DNA of 64,000 nt from Nitrososphaeraceae archaeon (GTDB lineage Archaea; Thermoproteota; Nitrososphaeria; Nitrososphaerales; Nitrososphaeraceae). Below, one piece after another: positions 17,829 through 26,149 of the stretch. The DNA lies in contig JADDOW010000046.1 in assembly GCA_016782225.1 (NCBI GenBank), forward strand, positions 3,710-67,709. Direction: 5' to 3'. The stretch's first letter is position 1. Each line of letters opens with the position of its first letter. The position numbers were made by a program, and so were the translations under genes. The notes below the pieces were generated by a model. The model was given only the letters and a program-made list of their open reading frames with translations, did no database searches and was not told the origin of the DNA.

Positions 17829-18107
17829 TTTCATATGACAGGTGCTGACTAAACTTTACGTGACATCATAATTGTTAATTTTTGCAGTGTTACTGGCAAA
17901 TAATTTATTTTGTGTTGCATGCAAAAAGACACCATTTGTTCCACCCTTACAGCCAATGGTTCCAGTAAAGGGAACTAACGGGGAAATCTCGCTGAACTAG
18001 GCAAAATGACGCAACTGAAGATAACCTGATTAATTTGTCCTTTGCTGATATAAAGGCGACAAATGCATGACAACAGATAATGGAGAATATATAGGGGATT
18101 CCAAGAT

Positions 18108-19922
18108 ATGCCAATTTCAATAACACGGTATAGTCCAGTATGTTACTATAACTACTGCGCCTTCTTTCTTTGTTGTTCTTATTGTCCTTGTATTTATTGC
18201 CGGGATTGCAACCAGTCATTGGAATTTGCTGCTAGTAGACTGCTAACGCCTGTTTTTGGAAGACCCTATATACTTGGAATCTTGATTGGTGTCGTCCTGG
18301 TCGGCCTAAGCATGGGATATCATGTTGGCGGAAGGCTGGCAGATAAAAATCCTGATTTTGAGAAATTCTGCTCAATACTTTTCTCATCCGGATTGTGTAT
18401 TGTCTTTATCCCCATCATTTCTTCTTCTGTAATTGGTTTCACTTCCGCCATTATGCTTGATATGCCTTCTGATAATGATAGTGGTGGTGGCGGTGGCGAC
18501 AATAACCTAAATTCGCTAGTTGCAACGTTTATTCTTCTTGCGATTCCTACCTTTCTTCTTGGCATGATCTCGCCTTATGCAATAAAACTCGCAACGAAAA
18601 TCCTTGACAGGTTGGGTAACATATCCGGAAATCTCTATTCAGTTTCAGCAATAGGAAGCATTGCAGGCACTTTTCTTACTGTCTTTATGCTCATCCCGGT
18701 TTTCGAAATCAATCATATAATATACGGTTTGGGTGTTTTGTTACTGATTTCTTCATTAATTGGTTTAAGGGTTGTTCCAAAGCTTCTTGCCCTTTCTCTT
18801 ATTTTTGTTTTTTCTGTTTCACTATCATTTGATGAATTTCAATCAGTATCACTAGACTTAAAAAACAAACATATCCATCCAGGTAAACTTTTGTTTGAAA
18901 CTGAAACACTCTATAGTCATTTGGATGTGATTGATAATTATAATTCAATAAACAACAGATCTCTTTTCTTAAATGGCTATCTTCACAGTGAAATGAATAA
19001 AGATAATCCAAACGACTTGGTAGTTGATTATACCAAATTCTTTCCCCTCGGAGTAGTATTGAACAATGATTCCAAAAAGGTCTTGTTTATTGGAGGGGGT
19101 GGATTTTCTGGACCAAAGTATTTTCTCCAAAACTATCCAAATATTTCAGTGGATGTGGTGGAAATTGATCCATCTGTTGTGAAGGTGGCAAAAGAATACT
19201 TCTCTTTGGATGATGAAAATCCCAATCTAAGAATATTTACTCAGGATGCCCGAGAATTCTTGGCAAACCGTCTAGAAAAATATGATGTGATCATATTGGA
19301 TGCATTTTCAAAAAGCTATGTTCCTTTTCATCTAATGACGGTTGAGTTTTACAAATTATTATATGATAAACTGACATCAGATGGAGTTATAATATCCAAT
19401 CATATTGGTTCATCTAATGACAAACGAGATACATCCGGTCTATACCGAGCAAACTTAAAGACAATGTTGGAGGTCTTTCCTAAAGTTTATGTCTTTCCAA
19501 CAGAGCATTCTACTGATAGTATTCAAAATATCATTCTGGCATCAATAAAAAGTGGTGACACTGTATGGAACGACTTGACAGAAAAAGAAGGGATGGCTCA
19601 AATACAAAAGGAGACGACAACAGCAATGGATGAAGTTAATTATGAAAATTATATTTTAAACACCTCTGAAATAAATATAAATGATGTCCCTATTTTAAGA
19701 GATCAATTTGCACCTGTGGAAAACCTGCTCAATCCCCTTTCAGGTAAAAACTATGATATGGAGGAACGAGACAATAGCAAAACAAACCTAAATGAGAGTA
19801 GTTTGAATGTGGATTATTTTAAAATTACGTTTTCTTTTCCTGTTGCATATACGCTCATTATTTTAATAACCTGGATTTTTTTACTGAATCGTATGTGGAT
19901 AAACAAAATATCAAACAAATAG
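18108..19922 (+). CDS. membrane-embedded spermidine-synthase-like aminopropyl/methyltransferase-fold protein
   Basis: Multi-TM N-terminal half, then VLFIGGGGFSGPKYFLQNYPNISVDVVEIDPSVVKVAKEYF...YDVIILDAF (SpeE-like Rossmann motifs). The 5' end is uncertain (see finding). Confidence 0.7.
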   Translation: MPISITRYSPVCYYNYCAFFLCCSYCPCIYCRDCNQSLEFAASRLLTPVFGRPYILGILIGVVLVGLSMGYHVGGRLADKNPDFEKFCSILFSSGLCIVFIPIISSSVIGFTSAIMLDMPSDNDSGGGGGDNNLNSLVATFILLAIPTFLLGMISPYAIKLATKILDRLGNISGNLYSVSAIGSIAGTFLTVFMLIPVFEINHIIYGLGVLLLISSLIGLRVVPKLLALSLIFVFSVSLSFDEFQSVSLDLKNKHIHPGKLLFETETLYSHLDVIDNYNSINNRSLFLNGYLHSEMNKDNPNDLVVDYTKFFPLGVVLNNDSKKVLFIGGGGFSGPKYFLQNYPNISVDVVEIDPSVVKVAKEYFSLDDENPNLRIFTQDAREFLANRLEKYDVIILDAFSKSYVPFHLMTVEFYKLLYDKLTSDGVIISNHIGSSNDKRDTSGLYRANLKTMLEVFPKVYVFPTEHSTDSIQNIILASIKSGDTVWNDLTEKEGMAQIQKETTTAMDEVNYENYILNTSEININDVPILRDQFAPVENLLNPLSGKNYDMEERDNSKTNLNESSLNVDYFKITFSFPVAYTLIILITWIFLLNRMWINKISNK

Positions 19923-20061
19923 ATATCTACTCCTATGTGATTATCAAAAATGGCATATATTACCAAAATAACACATTTTAAAAGGTAAAATATAATATAA
20001 TTAACTCAAACCAAAGGATACAAAACAGTTAATTGTTTGCTTAATACTTTTGGTTAGATCT

Positions 20062-20319
20062 TTATGCGCAATGAGCATATTCATGTTCTTTGAGGCATTG
20101 CAATTTAGTTCTTTTCCAAATACATTTGTCAAACCTTTCTTTATCTCCATCGCCTATCGGTCCTAATTCTTTAGCCTCCTTTACACTAATACTGTGATAA
20201 GTGAAGGTTTTTCAGTGACCATTGTCTTGGCTTGGGCATAGGATATTAACTGCACCGATCAAAATAGCACACGCAAACACCGCCGATACAATGGTTAAAT
20301 TTATTTTTGTTATTGCCAT
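20062..20319 (-). pseudogene. small exported protein gene with one in-frame TGA, abutted by an IS
   Basis: Own translation: MAITKINLTIVSAVFACAILIGAVNILCPSQDNGH*KTFTYHSISVKEAKELGPIGDGDKERFDKCIWKRTKLQCLKEHEYAHCA*. The TGA is at 20214-20212. The IS left end (20324) lies 5 nt upstream of the ATG. Confidence 0.4.
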
Positions 20320-20323
20320 TTAG

Positions 20324-20995
20324 GGCTCTGTTCACTTAACGAAAACCTATAGCTTGAATATGCTCTCTATCTACTTTATGAGCAATAAAAGAAAGAACCA
20401 GCACTCCCTCAGAGGTTATTGGTTATGGATTGTATTTTTATTTTTCCGGCTTATCATTAAGAAGAACCTCCGAAAGACTTTCTTGTTTTATCAAACGGAA
20501 TCATGTGTCTATTTGGAATTGGATGCAAAAGTACAAGCCAAAGAAGTTGTATTCAAAGAAAAAGAAGGTAGAGGAGTTTGTCGTTGACGAAACAATGATT
20601 AAAATTGGTTCAGAATTGGCATGGCTTTGGGTAGCGATTGAGCCTGCCAAAAAGGAAACTCTTTCAACAAGCATATCCAAGGAAAGAAACCTGTTTGTAG
20701 CCAAACGTTTTCTATACCGCCTTTTAGAAAAACATGGGGAATGCCCTGTTTTGACTGATGGCGGAACATGGTATCCGCAGGCCTGTCAGTTTTTGAAAAT
20801 AAAGCACCATGTTCACCCATCTTTCGAGAAAAGCATCATTGAGAGGACAATTCAATACATAAAAGACAGAACAGAAATCTTTGATGACTATTTTCCTTGC
20901 AGAAAGAAAAACCGCAAACTCAGGCATGTAAAGAATTGGTTAAACCCATTTGCAATTTTGCATAACAAGGAATTATTCATTAAATAAACAGAGCC
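20324..20995 (+). mobile_element. IS6-family-like insertion sequence (672 bp)
   Basis: Terminal inverted repeats are GGCTCTGTTCACTTAACGAAAA (left) and reverse complement GGCTCTGTTTATTTAATGAATA (right), ~18/22 identical. They enclose a single DDE transposase ORF. No clear target duplication. Confidence 0.8.
20430..20987 (+). CDS. IS6-family DDE transposase, with a probable frameshift near the 5' end
   Basis: Candidate DDE residues lie in VVDETMIKIGSELAWLWVAIEP, PVLTDGGTWYPQA and SIIERTIQYIKDRT. The frame stays open back to 20382 (AIKERTSTPSEVIGYGLYFYFSGLSLRR). An ATG at 20378 is 1 nt out of frame across an A4 run. Confidence 0.75.
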   Translation: MYFYFSGLSLRRTSERLSCFIKRNHVSIWNWMQKYKPKKLYSKKKKVEEFVVDETMIKIGSELAWLWVAIEPAKKETLSTSISKERNLFVAKRFLYRLLEKHGECPVLTDGGTWYPQACQFLKIKHHVHPSFEKSIIERTIQYIKDRTEIFDDYFPCRKKNRKLRHVKNWLNPFAILHNKELFIK

Positions 20996-21155
20996 TAAAA
21001 AACATCAAACAAAATGATATTATTAATTATGCTTTTAATCTATTACAATTTCATTAGGATATTTTGACTTTAATAGATGTCTGTTGCCATCAAAATCATC
21101 CAACAATTACATCGATACTTTAGCGTTTTCCAATATTACTCTTTGGTGAGATGGG

Positions 21156-21794
21156 TTAGTTGATTAAAGCTACTGCCCTTATTGGGGAACCCGAGCAATT
21201 TTCCAATTTTAATGGTAACGCAATAAAGATAAACTTGTCTTTGTGTATTTTGTCCAAATTAGTTAAATTTTCTATTATTGGAATGCTTTTGGCAGAAAAA
21301 ATTTTATGCGATTTGAATTTTTTGTCAAATGCGGGATCAATATTGGGACTATCTATTCCCACTAAATTTATCCCTAGGTTTGCTAAATGCTCTGCGGCTT
21401 GCTCTGACAAGCCTGGATTTTTTTTAAGGTATTTGTCTTTTAATCTATTTGAGGACCAGCCTGTGTATATCAATACTGTATCGTTCTTTTTGATGTTGTA
21501 TCTTTTAACCTCATCTACATCGATAATTTCATCATCGTTTTTTATAATTTTCAACACTTTTGTATTATCCAAAACTACTGCTTTTTCTAAAGGGATTTTT
21601 TCTACAGATTCTCCCGTTGGGCTAAAATGAATTGGGGCATCTATATGTGTTCCCAAATGGGTGCTGGTAAAAATCATTTCAGAGTCATACTCGTCCATCT
21701 TGTAGGTTGACCATTTTAAAATCTTTAAATTGGGCGAACCTGGAAAAACTTGTGTATTTTCATTCATATCCTGCGTAAGATCTATTATTTTCAT
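21156..21794 (-). CDS. putative cyclase / kynurenine-formamidase-like hydrolase
   Basis: 212 aa. FTSTHLGTHIDAPIHF and LIYTGWS resemble the cyclase (arylformamidase) family. Confidence 0.75.
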   Translation of the reverse strand: MKIIDLTQDMNENTQVFPGSPNLKILKWSTYKMDEYDSEMIFTSTHLGTHIDAPIHFSPTGESVEKIPLEKAVVLDNTKVLKIIKNDDEIIDVDEVKRYNIKKNDTVLIYTGWSSNRLKDKYLKKNPGLSEQAAEHLANLGINLVGIDSPNIDPAFDKKFKSHKIFSAKSIPIIENLTNLDKIHKDKFIFIALPLKLENCSGSPIRAVALIN

Positions 21795-22154
21795 GTCCTC
21801 ACAATGATTTTCACAGTGTTATATTTAGAAATATTTTCGAATAGCCTTGAATACTTGGAAATGTCAACTATCTTGTTATTTTCATGATATCTTAAACATT
21901 AAGACTCATACTTTAAAATAGTATTTTTATCGCTGTAATAAGATTATTCAGCCTGATTCTAAATCCCATGTGGAAATTTAGTAAATGGTTTTGTGCTGTA
22001 TTTTTAACCCTACAAAACATATCCAATGGTACCAATATGCTATAAATCAATAATAGAGCATTTTATGTGATAAACCGCTCTTTGTTTACCTAATAATATT
22101 TATAGAACACAAAGACGTAACGTTTTAATTTATTCTTTTGTCCGTTTTATTCAG

Positions 22155-23825
22155 ATGGGATTTGTACACAAAAAACGATTGTCAATGTCTTTTATTGCTT
22201 TAATGTTTATAATGGTTTTCAATATATGCCCATCATCTCAACCATCATATGGCGCATATTCTAAAGCAGAGCCTTCTCCAAATGGCCCTGTAATAAATGA
22301 TCCAAACCTTACTGTTGAAAAGATAGCCAGTGGCTTAAAAACCCCTACAAGTATGGCGTTTTTAGGCAGTAATGATATTCTTGTAACTGAAAAAAACACC
22401 GGTAGGGTAATGGAAGTGCGAGATGGTACTGTCCAAGACAATCCTGTGTTGGATGTTCAGGTAGCAACTTTTATTGAACGAGGTTTGTTGGGAATAGATT
22501 TGTCTACATATTCTGATGGCAGGACATATGCTTTTCTCTATTACACTGAGTCAGGTGGAGGAAAGGATGGCGATGATTTTGAAGATGGTGTTGAACCGGT
22601 AGGTAATATGCTATATAGATATGAATATGTCGATGGGCAGTTAATCAACCCGGTTCTTCTTTTGAATCTGCCTTCGGAGCCAGGCACAACTAATAGAACC
22701 GATCATGACGGGGGTAAAGTTCTGATTGGGCCTGACAATAACGTGTATCTGGTAATCGGAGAGGTGGGTGGCCATAGAACTCTGGCGCAAAACACCGAAG
22801 ATGGTCCTAATGCAGACGGTACTGGTGGTATATTGAGAGTAACTCCAGATGGGTCAGTTGTACCTGGTGGCGCCATTTTTGGAAATGAATTGCCCCTAAG
22901 TATTTATTATGCAATGGGAATTCGAAATAGCTTTGGTATCGATTTTGACCCGGTAACTGGGAATTTATGGGATACTGAAAATGGTCCATCGTCAGGCGAT
23001 GAAATCAACCTGGTTGGACCTGGATTTAACAGTGGTTGGGCCTTAATTCAGGGATATGAAGGTAATAATGTTATGGACACTGGGACATCAGGGAGTGATT
23101 TGGTACAATTAGGTGGTGGTTATTATGGTGATCCAAAGTTTGTTTGGAACATTCCTATAGGCATAACTGATGCTAAATTCCTAAACTCTGATAAATTGGG
23201 AAAAGAGTACCAGAATGACCTTTTTACTGCCGACATAAACAATGGGTATCTTTACAGGTTGACACTTAATGGGGATAGAAGTGGAATTTTAATGGATGGC
23301 ACTTATGCTGGTGATTTGCAATCTTTATACGATAATGCTGTTGATAACGCAAGGGAAAGTGAACCCATTATTTTTGGACAGGGTTTTGGTGGTATAACTG
23401 ACATAGAAGTGGGACCGGATGGTTATATGTATGTGTTAAGCTATGCAGGAGATATTTATAGAATTTTGCCAACTTCTGTTAGCTCAGCACCAAAAAACCT
23501 ACCAGCTGCCCCACCACAAAATAATCCCTTGTCTTCTGCGTCTTCAGGCGCAATCCCTGCAACAGTTGTAGGCATAGCGGGTGAAGAGTCATATTCTCCC
23601 AATCCAATTGAAATTCAAGTCGGACAAACAATTACATGGTACAATGAAGATTTGATAGCCCATACCGTAACATCCGGTTCGGATGATTCGGACGCAGGCT
23701 CAATGTTTGATTCAGGTAACATGTTAAATAAGCAAAGCTATAGTTTGACGTTTGATGAGCCAGGGGAATATGAATACTTCTGTATCTATCATCCTACAAT
23801 GGTGGGGCAGGTACTTGTAAATTAG
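22155..23825 (+). CDS. exported glucose/sorbosone-dehydrogenase-like beta-propeller fused to a C-terminal type-1 copper (cupredoxin) domain
   Basis: Signal-like N-terminus. SGDH-like motifs: LKTPTSMAFLG...ILVTEKNTGRV, ERGLLGIDLS, DHDGGKVLIGPDNNVYLVIGE, YAMGIRNSFGIDFDP. The C-terminus (ITWYNEDLIAHTVTSG...YEYFCIYHPTMVGQV) has the H...C-x2-H-x2-M blue-copper pattern. Confidence 0.8.
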   Translation: MGFVHKKRLSMSFIALMFIMVFNICPSSQPSYGAYSKAEPSPNGPVINDPNLTVEKIASGLKTPTSMAFLGSNDILVTEKNTGRVMEVRDGTVQDNPVLDVQVATFIERGLLGIDLSTYSDGRTYAFLYYTESGGGKDGDDFEDGVEPVGNMLYRYEYVDGQLINPVLLLNLPSEPGTTNRTDHDGGKVLIGPDNNVYLVIGEVGGHRTLAQNTEDGPNADGTGGILRVTPDGSVVPGGAIFGNELPLSIYYAMGIRNSFGIDFDPVTGNLWDTENGPSSGDEINLVGPGFNSGWALIQGYEGNNVMDTGTSGSDLVQLGGGYYGDPKFVWNIPIGITDAKFLNSDKLGKEYQNDLFTADINNGYLYRLTLNGDRSGILMDGTYAGDLQSLYDNAVDNARESEPIIFGQGFGGITDIEVGPDGYMYVLSYAGDIYRILPTSVSSAPKNLPAAPPQNNPLSSASSGAIPATVVGIAGEESYSPNPIEIQVGQTITWYNEDLIAHTVTSGSDDSDAGSMFDSGNMLNKQSYSLTFDEPGEYEYFCIYHPTMVGQVLVN

Positions 23826-23842
23826 AAATTTATGACTTTGTA

Positions 23843-24430
23843 TCAAGATGGTGAATTTGCAAAGCGCTGACGCATTAACCTAATTATTTGCTCGTTTCTA
23901 CCTGGGTGAAAATAAATTTCATCAGTAATTCTGGCCAGTTCTTTTATATCTAGAGGTCTGCCTTCTGGCAGCTTTTTATTGGCATCATCAAATTCTTTTT
24001 CCGAAACAGATCTTGAATAACTTTCAATTTCTTGATTAATTCTGTAACCATTAACTTCTTTTTGTAACAAATATATTTTGTTTTTACAATCCCGCAAATG
24101 ATTATCCAATTTCTCTATTTTATCCGCTAGATGTAGATTTGATCTATATACTTTTAGATACTCTATAGTTAATCCATATTCTTCAGCTTTTTGTATAATT
24201 CTTTCTTCTTTTTCTGCTATCTTTTTATCAAGTTCCATTAGGAGCATTGTGTTTTTATTGATATGGGAAGGAATATCATATGAGGAAATGTCAAGGCTAG
24301 ATGCTAAATTGAATACCTCGTCTATATTTGATACAAATCCTTTCTCGTCTCCCTGATATCTGTAGCAATAATTGCTTATCTCCTCCAGTAGTTTTTCTAT
24401 CTTGTCTTCTGTCAATCCCCATCTATTCAA
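23843..24430 (-). CDS. coiled-coil hypothetical protein, in frame with the upstream HTH ORF
   Basis: 195-aa ORF with a TTG start and heptad-like charged sequence. It shares a reading frame with 24479-24670, separated by one TAA plus 16 codons. Confidence 0.45.
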   Translation of the reverse strand: MNRWGLTEDKIEKLLEEISNYCYRYQGDEKGFVSNIDEVFNLASSLDISSYDIPSHINKNTMLLMELDKKIAEKEERIIQKAEEYGLTIEYLKVYRSNLHLADKIEKLDNHLRDCKNKIYLLQKEVNGYRINQEIESYSRSVSEKEFDDANKKLPEGRPLDIKELARITDEIYFHPGRNEQIIRLMRQRFANSPS

Positions 24431-24478
24431 TTTTTTGTTTAATCTAAAAGAGGATGCAAAATGGTTTAAATCAATATT

Positions 24479-24670
24479 TTATTTTTTTATCCCCAGAGCG
24501 ATTTCTCTAAGTAAATCCATATCTGGAGTATTGATTTTGGCTTGTTGAATTATGCCTGTTACACTTCCTTCGCTTATGTTGTTATCCAATGCTATTTTGT
24601 CCCGAGAAATACCTTGAAGCCATTCTCTTAAAACCTTGGTTTTTATATGATGAGGAATACGATTGCCCAT
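24479..24670 (-). CDS. small helix-turn-helix protein
   Basis: 63 aa. IKTKVLREWLQGISRDKIALDNNISEGSVTGIIQQAK looks like a homeodomain/resolvase-type HTH. Confidence 0.45.
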   Translation of the reverse strand: MGNRIPHHIKTKVLREWLQGISRDKIALDNNISEGSVTGIIQQAKINTPDMDLLREIALGIKK

Positions 24671-24772
24671 TTATCTTTTGACAATAAGTATAGTACTGAT
24701 AGAACCTATTTAAATAAATTAATTAATTTGTTGCAATTAACCGTCGCAATGTCCTCTTATTTTTACCTTATT

Positions 24773-24805
24773 GATGGATTGACGATGGATTGACGATGGA
24801 TTGAC
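24773..24805. repeat. 11-bp tandem repeat GATGGATTGAC x3
   Basis: Three exact head-to-tail copies lie in the 454-bp divergent intergenic region between the HTH ORF and the wHTH ORF. Confidence 0.9.
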
Positions 24806-25090
24806 GGCCACAAGAAGGACAAAGGGCACTTGTTTTTACTTTTTACTAAATACAATTTAGTGCCTATTGTAAATTGTTAAGGGAATTATTTTCAATGATG
24901 ACCAGAAGAAGAAATATGTTTTTATGTATGAAAGAAATGCAGGACCGTAATTGTTTGTATGAAAATTGAGGAAAGCAAATGAAGTGTTTGTTTAGACGGG
25001 CAGAGTTATTTGTAGATGCGTAAAGTATGAGTATGCAATAATAAAAGATCGAGTTATGGTGTCATCAGAATAGCAATAACCGTTTAAATA

Positions 25091-25121
25091 TTAGGCATAC
25101 CTAAGAATTAGGGAAGCCTAA
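25091..25121. promoter_or_regulatory. two tandem TTAGG-N4-CCTAA palindromes over the wHTH gene promoter
   Basis: TTAGGCATACCTAA (25091-25104) and TTAGGGAAGCCTAA (25108-25121) sit directly after a TATA-like GTTTAAATA (25082-25090) and 4 nt before the ATG at 25125. Confidence 0.45.
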
Positions 25122-25124
25122 ATA

Positions 25125-25451
25125 ATGACTCAATCTCAACAGCATGTTTTTAAAAAAGAAAAACAAGAATCTATGCCTATCTTAAAGGAATTATTTGATG
25201 GATTTTCATATAAAATACTTTTATCGACATTAGACGAATCAAAATCTGTTTTTCAAATCTGCAGTGAAAATACCGTTCCAATAAGTTCCACTTATAAAAA
25301 AATACGAAAACTAAAGGATATCGGTCTCTTGTTTATTGACAAAATTGTAATTAGCGAAAGGGGAAAGAAAATAGTTTTCTATAAAAGCAAAGTTCGATCC
25401 ATTGAATTAACATTGGACAAGCAACAGGTCATTTTGCAACTAAAAAAATGA
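25125..25451 (+). CDS. winged-helix (ArsR/TrmB-like) transcriptional regulator
   Basis: 108 aa. YKILLSTLDESKSVFQICSENTVPISSTYKKIRKLKDIGLLFIDK has the HTH-plus-wing layout. Confidence 0.55.
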   Translation: MTQSQQHVFKKEKQESMPILKELFDGFSYKILLSTLDESKSVFQICSENTVPISSTYKKIRKLKDIGLLFIDKIVISERGKKIVFYKSKVRSIELTLDKQQVILQLKK

Positions 25452-25588
25452 GAAAAACTTTTCATAAAGCAACATGAAAAAATTGTAAAATAAAAAGTTA
25501 ATTCTGGATAACTTTTTCATGATGGCATTTCAAAATTGTCAATCAATAAAGTTAAAAAACAATACGCTGTATATTATAATTATCATCA

Positions 25589-26056
25589 ATGACTATTTAC
25601 ACGGGAAATTCCGATATACCAGAGCAGTTGTATGTAGGCACCGCAGAGGCAGAACATGTAGAAATGTACTTGAAAGCAATGTGGTCAATATTAGAAAGTG
25701 GTCAGGAGTTAAAAGTTAGTTCAATAGCCAAAATATTAAATGTGACTCAGCCTTCCGTAGTTCAAATGCTTCATAAGTTAAACGATACTCGTTTAATTGA
25801 TTACAAAAAAGGCTCAATTGTTGTTCTTACTAACGAAGGGGAGAAAATAGGTAAACAAATGATTCGTAACACTCGATTGTTAGAGGTTTTGATGAAAGAT
25901 GCTTTAAAAATAGACATAGATGAAGAAATGGTGTGTGGGATTGAACATCATATGAAACAAATATTTACGGAGGCGTTATGTACATTATTAAAGCATCCTA
26001 CAATATGCCCACATGGGTACAGTATTCCTGCGGGAAGTTGTTGCATTAAAACATAG
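25589..26056 (+). CDS. DtxR/MntR-family metal-dependent transcriptional regulator
   Basis: EMYLKAMWSILESGQELKVSSIAKILNVTQPSVVQMLHKLNDTRLIDYKK...LTNEGEKIGKQMIRNTRLLEVLM...IEHHM shows the DtxR N-terminal HTH and metal-site region. Confidence 0.8.
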   Translation: MTIYTGNSDIPEQLYVGTAEAEHVEMYLKAMWSILESGQELKVSSIAKILNVTQPSVVQMLHKLNDTRLIDYKKGSIVVLTNEGEKIGKQMIRNTRLLEVLMKDALKIDIDEEMVCGIEHHMKQIFTEALCTLLKHPTICPHGYSIPAGSCCIKT

Positions 26057-26149
26057 TGGCCTAATGAGCGTCTGTTATTCAAATAATGGTTAATGCCAAA
26101 TTATTGGTTTAAATACATATAAAAATAAATTAAATAAAGATCCGATATC

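Noticed and set aside
20354-20587. 77-aa ORF in the alternative frame of the IS
   Set aside because: Only its first few codons (from ATG 20378) are plausibly real, as the displaced start of the transposase. The rest overlaps the DDE transposase frame.
21053-21065. Exact 13-mer ATTAGGATATTTT shared with 43973-43985, both just downstream of minus-strand genes
   Set aside because: It is A/T-rich, there are only two copies, and the flanks show no further similarity. It is likely chance.
24773-24805. CRISPR-like interpretation of the tandem repeats (also 7093-7200 and 54609-54690)
   Set aside because: The units are contiguous with no spacers, only 3-4 copies, 11-27 bp long, and no cas genes are present. 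They are simple tandem repeats.
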